Source: an uncultured Actinomycetes bacterium (lineage in GTDB: Bacteria; Actinomycetota; Actinomycetes; Streptosporangiales; Streptosporangiaceae). From it: a stretch of 64,000 nt of DNA. The stretch spans positions 3,567-67,566 of the forward strand of contig CAVRXW010000035.1 in NCBI GenBank assembly GCA_963725125.1. The letters run 5' to 3'. Below the pieces are notes generated by a model. That model searched no databases and was not told the origin of the DNA. It saw only the letters and a list, made by a program, of their open reading frames with translations. Both the position numbers and the translations under genes were made by a program. Shown in pieces: positions 58,163 through 64,000 of this stretch. Positions within the stretch are counted from its first letter, which is position 1. Every line of letters starts with the position of its first letter.

Positions 58163-59161
58163 TCAGAGGGTGGCGGACAGCGCCTTGATCGGCATCTTCA
58201 GCCGGGTGAGCATGTCCAGGTCCGCACCGGCCGGGCGGCCGAGCGTGGTCAGGTAGTTGCCGACGATGATCGCGTTGATGCCGCCCAGCAGGCCGGCCTC
58301 GGTTCCCAGGTCGCCGAGGGTGAGCTCGCGCCCGCCCGCGTAACGCAGCACGGTACGGGGCAGGGCCAGCCGGAACGCGGCGATCGTGCGCAGCGCGTCG
58401 GCCGCACCGAGCAGCGGCCGGTCCGCCAGCGGTGTCCCCGGCCGGGGGTTGAGGAAGTTCAGCGGCACCTCGTCCGGGCCGAGGCTGGCGAGCTGGGCGG
58501 CGAGCTCAGCGCGCTGGCCGGCGCTCTCGCCCATGCCGATGATGCCGCCGCAGCACAGCTCCAGGCCGGCCGCCTTGACCAGCGCACAGGTGGCGGCCCG
58601 CTCCGCCCAGGTGTGGGTGGTCACCACCTGGGTGAAGAAGGACCTCGCGGCCTCCAGGTTGTGGTTGTAGCGGTGCACCCCGAAACCGGCCAGCTCGTCC
58701 GCCTGGGCCGGGGTGAGGATCCCCAGCGAGCAGGCGACGTGGATGCCCACCTCCTCGGTGATCGCCCGGACCGCGGTGGCGACCTGGGACATCAGCCGCT
58801 GGTCCGGCCCGCGGACCGCGGCCACGATGCAGAACTCGGTGGCCCCGGTGGCGGCCGTCGCCCTGGCGGCCGCGACAAGCTCGGCGATGTCGAGCCACAC
58901 CGCCCGCACCGGTGAGGAGAACTGCCCGGACTGGGAGCAGAAATGGCAGTCCTCCGGGCAGCCGCCCGTCTTCACCGAGACGATCCCCTCGACCTCCACC
59001 TCGGGCCCGCACCAGCGCATCCGCACCTCGTGGGCCAGCGCGAGCGCCTCGCCGAGGCGATCTGAGGGCAGGCTCAGGCACCTGGCGACCTGGTTCTCGT
59101 CCAGGCCCCTGCCCTCGTGCAGGACCTGGCTTCGTGCCTCGTCAAGGATGTCGTGGCGCAC
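58163..59161 (-). CDS. bioB: biotin synthase
   Basis: Radical-SAM motif [14 protein letters not shown], and a near-collinear match to mycobacterial BioB as recalled. The GTG at 59161 is preceded by GGAGAG (alternative GTG at 59188). Confidence 0.95.
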   Translation of the reverse strand: MRHDILDEARSQVLHEGRGLDENQVARCLSLPSDRLGEALALAHEVRMRWCGPEVEVEGIVSVKTGGCPEDCHFCSQSGQFSSPVRAVWLDIAELVAAARATAATGATEFCIVAAVRGPDQRLMSQVATAVRAITEEVGIHVACSLGILTPAQADELAGFGVHRYNHNLEAARSFFTQVVTTHTWAERAATCALVKAAGLELCCGGIIGMGESAGQRAELAAQLASLGPDEVPLNFLNPRPGTPLADRPLLGAADALRTIAAFRLALPRTVLRYAGGRELTLGDLGTEAGLLGGINAIIVGNYLTTLGRPAGADLDMLTRLKMPIKALSATL

Positions 59162-59165
59162 CGGG

Positions 59166-59963
59166 CTACTCTCCGATCCTCGGCGCACGGGTGCCGCGGT
59201 GCAGCCGGGTCACCAGCTTGTAGCGGTCGCCCCGGTAGCGCGACTGGGCCCATTCGACCGGCATGCCGTCGGCGTCGAACGAGTGCCGGGACAGCAGCAG
59301 CAGCGGCATGCCGACATCCACGCCGAGCAGCCGGGCGTCCCTGGGGTCGGCCAGCCCGGTCTCGATGGTCTCCTGCGCCTCGGCGACCTCCACGCCGTAG
59401 TCGGTGTGCAGCGCCTCGTACAGCGACGGGTGCCGCTCCAGGCTGCGGCGCAGCCCGGGAAAGCGGCGGGCGGACAGGTGCGAGGCGTCGACCGACATCG
59501 GCTCGCCGTCGGCCAGCCGCAGCCGGTGGATGCGCAGTACCCTGCTGCCCTCCCGGACGGCCAGCAGCGCGGCCAGTTCGTCGTCCGCGCCCATGTAGCT
59601 GGTGTCCAGGATGGTGGTCTGCGGGTGCAGGCCCTGCGCGCGCATCCCCTCGGTGTAGCTGGACAGCTCCAGCATCTGCGCGACCTTGGGCATGGCGACG
59701 AACGTGCCCTTGCCCTGCATCCGCAGCAGCCTGCCCTCGATCACAAGTTCCGCCAGGGCCTGGCGGACAGTCGTCCGCGAGGTGACATAGCGCTGCGCAA
59801 GCTCGCGCTCCGGAGGGACCGGCGTGCCGGGCGCCATCGCCCGGGTCAGCTCAAGCAGTTGCCGCTTCACCTGGTAGTACTTCGGAATCCTGGCGCCCGG
59901 GTCACCAGGGGGCAGGCGGTGAAGATCGGCGTCGCCGGACGCGGGAGAGGCGGTCACAGTCAC
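59166..59963 (-). CDS. GntR-family regulator, HutC subfamily (UTRA domain)
   Basis: w[33 protein letters not shown] plus a UTRA-like C-terminus. GTG start with a GAAGGAAG RBS. Confidence 0.85.
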   Translation of the reverse strand: MTVTASPASGDADLHRLPPGDPGARIPKYYQVKRQLLELTRAMAPGTPVPPERELAQRYVTSRTTVRQALAELVIEGRLLRMQGKGTFVAMPKVAQMLELSSYTEGMRAQGLHPQTTILDTSYMGADDELAALLAVREGSRVLRIHRLRLADGEPMSVDASHLSARRFPGLRRSLERHPSLYEALHTDYGVEVAEAQETIETGLADPRDARLLGVDVGMPLLLLSRHSFDADGMPVEWAQSRYRGDRYKLVTRLHRGTRAPRIGE

Positions 59964-60149
59964 TTCCTTCCCACTGGCACAGCCGTTTGGACATAATCCC
60001 CCACGGCCGCCGGTGCCCTGGGCTTGGCGAGCGGCCGGTGCACCTGCGACATGTCGGAATACTGCCAGCCGGCCCGTCCCGCCATGCGCGGGGGCCCGTC
60101 TTCGGGGCCACGGGGCCGGGGCCGGCCGGGACGGATGCGATGATGAGAC

Positions 60150-61721
60150 GTGGCGACCCTGAACGACCTTGGCCGTCGGCTCACTCCGCTGACCCCGCGC
60201 GACATCGACTGGCTGCACGCCCTCGTCTCCGACTGGCAGTTGCTCGCCGACCTGTCCTTCGCCGACCTGGTGCTGTGGGCGCCGCTGCGCGACGGCACCG
60301 GGTGGGTGGCGCTGGCCCAGATGCGCCCGACCACCGGGCCGACCACCTTCCTCGATGACTTCGTCGGCAGTTGCGCGAGCGCGGGGGAGCGGCCCTTCGT
60401 CGACGCCGCGTATCACGAGCAGCGGATCTGCCGCGAAGGGGATCCGGAGTGGACGGGCGGGATCCCGGTCCGGCGCGAGTCCATCCCGGTGGTCCGTGAG
60501 GACACGGTCATCGCGGTGATCGAGCGGAGCACCAACCTGAGTTCCGCGCGGACCCCCAGCCGCCTGGAGCTGACCTACCTGAAAGGGGCGGACGACCTGG
60601 CCCAGATGGTGGCCGCGGGCACCTTTCCCTACCTGGGCCAGGAGCCGGCCCTGGTCAGGTCGCCCCGGGTCGGTGACGGCCTGCTCCGGCTCGGCCGGTC
60701 CGGGCGCGTCGGGTACGCCAGCCCGAACGCCCTGTCCGCCTACCGCAGGCTGGGCCTGACCGCCGACCTGGTGGGCGCCGAACTGGGACCGCTGACGACC
60801 AGGCTGTGCTCCCCGGGCCTGCCCGCCGATGACTCGCTCATGGTGACCGCGAGCGGCCGGTCCCCCCGCGAGACCGAGATCGAGGGCAACGGCTCGGTGG
60901 TTCAGCTCAGGTCGATCCCGCTGGTCGTGAACGGCATGCGGACCGGCGCGCTGGTGCTGATCCGCGATGTCACCGAACTGCGCCACCGCGAGCGCGAGCT
61001 GATGACCAAGGACGCGACGATCCGCGAGATCCATCACCGGGTGAAGAACAACCTGCAGACCGTGGCCGCCCTGCTGCGGCTGCAGGCCCGCCGGACCCGG
61101 GCGCCCGAGGCCAGGGATGCGCTGGAGGAGGCGGTCCGCAGGGTCGGGTCCATCGCGATCGTGCACGAGACGCTGTCCCACACCCCCGAGGAAGTGGTGG
61201 ACTTCGACGACATCGCGCAGCGGGTGGCCGCGATGGCCGGGGAGGTCTCGGCACCGGAGGCACGGGTCAGCCCGGTGGTCGCCGGGCGGTTCGGCCTGCT
61301 GCCCGGCGCCGTCGCCACGCCTCTCGCCCTGGTGCTGACCGAACTGCTGCAGAACGCCCTCCAGCACGGCCTGGTCACCGGGCCGGCCCCGGCCGGCGCT
61401 GTGCTGGTCCGGGCGGCCCGCAGCCCGGGGCAGCTCGAGATCCGGGTGGAGGACGACGGGGCGGGGCTGCCGGAGGGCTTCAGCCTCGACGCCCATGCCA
61501 GCCTGGGCCTGCAGATCGTGCGGACCCTGGTCGAGTCGGAACTCGGCGGGCGGCTCGTCATCGGGCCCCGCCCGGGCGGCGGCACCTCGGTTCAGGTCAG
61601 CCTGCCCGTCAAGGCCATTGCGGTGCCATCGGGCGAGCCGAAACCGGGGGACTCAGAATCAGCCCGGGATTCGGGCGGCAGCGAAAACCCCGCCGCGGCC
61701 GGCCGGGCTGCGGCGGGGTGA
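60150..61721 (+). CDS. pdtaS: PdtaS-type sensor histidine kinase (GAF-PAS-HisKA_2-HATPase)
   Basis: H-box [19 protein letters not shown] and an N-terminal sensory half typical of PdtaS. Lies next to whiB1, as in mycobacteria. Confidence 0.85.
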   Translation: MATLNDLGRRLTPLTPRDIDWLHALVSDWQLLADLSFADLVLWAPLRDGTGWVALAQMRPTTGPTTFLDDFVGSCASAGERPFVDAAYHEQRICREGDPEWTGGIPVRRESIPVVREDTVIAVIERSTNLSSARTPSRLELTYLKGADDLAQMVAAGTFPYLGQEPALVRSPRVGDGLLRLGRSGRVGYASPNALSAYRRLGLTADLVGAELGPLTTRLCSPGLPADDSLMVTASGRSPRETEIEGNGSVVQLRSIPLVVNGMRTGALVLIRDVTELRHRERELMTKDATIREIHHRVKNNLQTVAALLRLQARRTRAPEARDALEEAVRRVGSIAIVHETLSHTPEEVVDFDDIAQRVAAMAGEVSAPEARVSPVVAGRFGLLPGAVATPLALVLTELLQNALQHGLVTGPAPAGAVLVRAARSPGQLEIRVEDDGAGLPEGFSLDAHASLGLQIVRTLVESELGGRLVIGPRPGGGTSVQVSLPVKAIAVPSGEPKPGDSESARDSGGSENPAAAGRAAAG

Positions 61722-61829
61722 AAACGATTCGCGGGGCGCGCCATTGCTGAATGGCCGGTCAAGAATTCACCTGTCCTACGGGACTGCGTTACCGCGCGCG
61801 GAAACGGCCGCGCCGCGGCGGGGTAACGC

Positions 61830-62084
61830 TCAGGCGTGTGCGCGCGCCCGGATCCGGCCGAGCCGGCGCTTGTACGCGCGCCTTTCGTCTTCGCTCATGC
61901 CGCCCCAGACACCCGCGTCCTGGCCGCTCTCCACCGCCCACTGCAGGCAGCTCTCGGCCACCGGGCACCGGCGGCAGACCCGCTTGGCCTCTTCGATCTG
62001 GAGCAGTGCAGGTCCTGTGTTTCCGATAGGGAAGAACAGCTCCGGATCCACCTCACGGCACGCGGCGTGGTAGCGCCAGTCCAT
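61830..62084 (-). CDS. whiB1: WhiB-family Fe-S transcription factor, WhiB1/WblE type
   Basis: MDWRYHAAC...CRRCPVAESC...GVWGGMSEDERRAYKRR. GGAGGA RBS 9 nt upstream of the ATG at 62084. Confidence 0.9.
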   Translation of the reverse strand: MDWRYHAACREVDPELFFPIGNTGPALLQIEEAKRVCRRCPVAESCLQWAVESGQDAGVWGGMSEDERRAYKRRLGRIRARAHA

Positions 62085-62145
62085 GCGGTCCACTCCTCCA
62101 TCCCAGCCGGGCTGACCGCCCGGAATCCGCTAGGCCCGCTCCGCT

Positions 62146-62160
62146 TGTGAATGATTTCAC
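62146..62160. promoter_or_regulatory. CRP/FNR-type box TGTGA-N6-TCAC upstream of whiB1
   Basis: TGTGAatgattTCACg is centred ~69 nt upstream of the whiB1 ATG. Confidence 0.5.
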
Positions 62161-62392
62161 GAGCTAGGCCATATGATAAGGACCGCTCGCGGTCCTTGGG
62201 CACACATATTTCATTTGGGGTCATGAGCCTCAGCCCCCGCAGTTGGCTCGCGGCCGAGGTTTGCGCCCGGTGCCAGCCCGGGTGCAAGACGGCTACATGC
62301 GGGATGCACGAGGCACACTCGAACCAGATCAAGCCTCTCAATCTCGTGGATCAATCGCAAGAGGGCGGGCCCGTGGTTTTGGCTGTGTCCCG

Positions 62393-62408
62393 TGTCAGAT
62401 GGGTCACA
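62393..62408. promoter_or_regulatory. second CRP-like box TGTCA-N6-TCACA
   Basis: TGTCAgatgggTCACA has one mismatch to the consensus and lies ~315 nt upstream of whiB1. Confidence 0.3.
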
Positions 62409-62511
62409 TTGCGGGGCAAGCTGTGCATTCCGAGAGGTCACGCTGACCTGGCCCGCCCGGCCGGCCAGGCAGCGCTGCTCCGGACCGCCACGAGAACCAT
62501 CCGCGGCGTAA

Positions 62512-63459
62512 TCAGACCAGCACACGAAGTGCGTTCGGAATGGAACGGAGCATGACATGTTCCCGTTCGCCCACATATTCGCCGTCCACCTGGAATGCCA
62601 CCGGCCGGTCCGCGTGGAACGTGAGCGCGGCCTGGTCGTGCAGGCTCACGACATGCCGGCCGGCCGGGCCGCCATCGCGGCCCAGCATCTGCCGCAGCGC
62701 GTTGAGCGTGCCCAGCGTGCCCAGCTTGCGCATCGCGAACAGGTCAAGGCCGGTGTCGAAGCCGGCCTGCGGGCTGGCGTGGACCGGCCGTTCGCCCAGG
62801 TAGGTCCAGGGTGAGGTGTTGGACACGATGCCGAGGAACAGCCCGTCCAGGGGCGGGACCCCGTCGCGTTCCAGGGTGAGCGCGGGCTCGCGCCGGTCGG
62901 TGACCGTGGTGAACTGGCGGACGGTCGTCCAGACGTACAGCGCCGCGGATGCCCCCCGCCCCCTGGCTCTCAGCCCCTCCACCACCCGGACGACCTCGGC
63001 GTCGAGGCCCAGGCCCGCGTTGAAGCAGAAATAGCGGCGGTCGGCGATCCCGAGCCCGATGGTCCTGGTCCGGCCCGCGGGCAGCGAGCGGAGAATCTGC
63101 CCGGTCGCGTCCACCGGGTCCGCGGGCAGGCCCAGGGCCTTGCTGAAGACGTTGGCGTTCCCGCCGGGCAGGGCGGCGAGCAGGGGGGCGGGGGGCGGCG
63201 TGCCGTCGCCCCTGGCGCCGGGCGGGCGGGCCCGGAGCATCCCGTTGACAACCTCGTTCACCGTGCCGTCCCCGCCCAGGGTGAGCACGAGCCCGAAATT
63301 CTCGCGAGCGGCTCCCTCCGCGACGTGCGCGGCGTGTCCCCGGTAGCGTGTCTGCACAACATCGAGGTCGAGTTCCGAAGCCAGCGCGTGCGTGATGACC
63401 TCCCGCCGGACCGGCGTGGTGGAGGTGGCGTACGGGTTGACGATCAGCAGCGCGCGCAC
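62512..63459 (-). CDS. diacylglycerol-kinase-family lipid kinase
   Basis: LTLGGDGTVNEV and GGNANVF, length 315 aa, GTG start. Confidence 0.85.
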   Translation of the reverse strand: MRALLIVNPYATSTTPVRREVITHALASELDLDVVQTRYRGHAAHVAEGAARENFGLVLTLGGDGTVNEVVNGMLRARPPGARGDGTPPPAPLLAALPGGNANVFSKALGLPADPVDATGQILRSLPAGRTRTIGLGIADRRYFCFNAGLGLDAEVVRVVEGLRARGRGASAALYVWTTVRQFTTVTDRREPALTLERDGVPPLDGLFLGIVSNTSPWTYLGERPVHASPQAGFDTGLDLFAMRKLGTLGTLNALRQMLGRDGGPAGRHVVSLHDQAALTFHADRPVAFQVDGEYVGEREHVMLRSIPNALRVLV

Positions 63460-63487
63460 GCCCTCAGGCTAGGAGGTAGCAGGGAGA

Positions 63488-63901
63488 ATGCCACAGAGCC
63501 CCCCGACGTTGCGCGCGGCCGCGATGGTCCAGGCCGCCGAGTCGGCGCTGATCGTGCTCGCCACCGTGCTGGCCGGCGTGGACGCCGCGGCAGGCCGGTC
63601 CTACCACGTGAACAGCGGCATCGCGCTGACCGTCATCGGCGTGGCCGCCGTGGCGGCCCTCGGCCTGGTGGCGGCCGGGCTGGCCCGGGCGCGCCGGTGG
63701 AGCCGCACCCCCGCGCTGCTCACCCAGCTGTTCGCCGGCATCGTGGGCATCTACCTGCTCCAGGGCCACCGGCTGGACTGGGGCCTGGCGCTGGTGGTGC
63801 TGGCGGTCCTCGGCTTCGCCGCGCTGCTGTCCCCGCCGAGCCTGCGCGCGCTCACCGACGGCCAGCAGGCCCCGCCGGGCGGGGAGCCCCCCGCCGGATA
63901 G
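63488..63901 (+). CDS. integral membrane protein (4 TM), hypothetical
   Basis: 137 aa with four hydrophobic helices. Confidence 0.65.
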   Translation: MPQSPPTLRAAAMVQAAESALIVLATVLAGVDAAAGRSYHVNSGIALTVIGVAAVAALGLVAAGLARARRWSRTPALLTQLFAGIVGIYLLQGHRLDWGLALVVLAVLGFAALLSPPSLRALTDGQQAPPGGEPPAG

Positions 63902-63941
63902 CCCGGGGCCCGGCCGCCTGCCCCGTGGCGGCCAGGGCGCC

Positions 63942-64000
63942 TCACTCGTCGGCGGTGAGCCCCTCCCGCAACTGCGCCAGCGTCCTGGCCAGCAGCCGGG
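63942..64000 (-). CDS. 3' end of a gene running off the window
   Basis: The minus frame reads ..RLLARTLAQLREGLTADE* with its stop at 63942-63944. The product is unknown. Confidence 0.3.
   Translation of the reverse strand, partial: RLLARTLAQLREGLTADE

Noticed and set aside
59964-61496. N-terminal 510 aa of ORF 59166-61496 (minus strand)
   Set aside because: Only the last 266 codons form a GntR/UTRA protein with its own RBS and GTG. The upstream part is antisense to pdtaS and is compositionally junk.
62535-62562. GGAAT-N17-GTT match as a second SigH-type promoter
   Set aside because: It lies inside the 3' end of the DAG-kinase-like CDS on the opposite strand, with no downstream gene to drive and non-consensus spacing.
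62151-62576. ORFs of 134 aa (plus) and 121 aa (minus) in the whiB1 upstream region
   Set aside because: The local GC is low with no codon-position GC bias visible, there is no RBS, and the translations have no recognisable features. The region is treated as regulatory DNA.

Overview
High-GC (roughly 70%) actinobacterial chromosomal DNA with about 60 protein-coding genes. I found no rRNA, tRNA or CRISPR array by eye. The window is a mosaic. The left part (1 to ~26 kb) looks variable or accessory. It holds decayed gene stubs, two transposase relics (IS630-like at ~2.2-2.5 kb, a weaker IS5/DUF4096-like trace at ~17.7-17.8 kb), an orphan antitoxin and many one-component regulators (TetR, AraC-VOC, XRE-cupin, ArsR, wHTH). 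It also holds three secreted proteins including a 7-repeat beta-propeller-like protein, an HTH-NB-ARC-TPR STAND NTPase and an APH-like kinase with an in-frame 18-bp x3 repeat. A SET-domain methyltransferase sits next to a stand-alone L7/L12 C-terminal-domain protein, and there is a short Rho paralogue. The right part (~27-64 kb) is conserved core: pmt, nitronate monooxygenase, a complete peptide ABC importer, ctaG-like, coxG-like, hisN, rsgA, aroA, an SRAP peptidase and a dksA/traR-like gene. It continues with sigH-rshA carrying a textbook GGAAT-N18-GTT promoter, two HD-domain membrane proteins, biotin carboxylase plus a 70-aa BCCP, a TPP enzyme, an SSS transporter, GntR-bioB, pdtaS, whiB1 with CRP-like boxes, and a DAG-kinase-like gene. 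From memory, this order recalls the M. tuberculosis whiB1-pdtaS-TB7.3-rshA-sigH ... aroA-rsgA neighbourhood. Four otherwise conserved genes each need exactly one frame change, and a fifth frameshifted gene is a decayed paralogue of the intact dppB-like permease. Several perfect short tandem repeats and palindromes lie in promoter regions. I do not see one unmistakable novel system. The best candidates for follow-up are the truncated Rho paralogue, the SET / free-L12-CTD pair, and the STAND regulator divergent from two secreted proteins. All functional calls come from motif recognition in the supplied ORF translations, and no database search was run.
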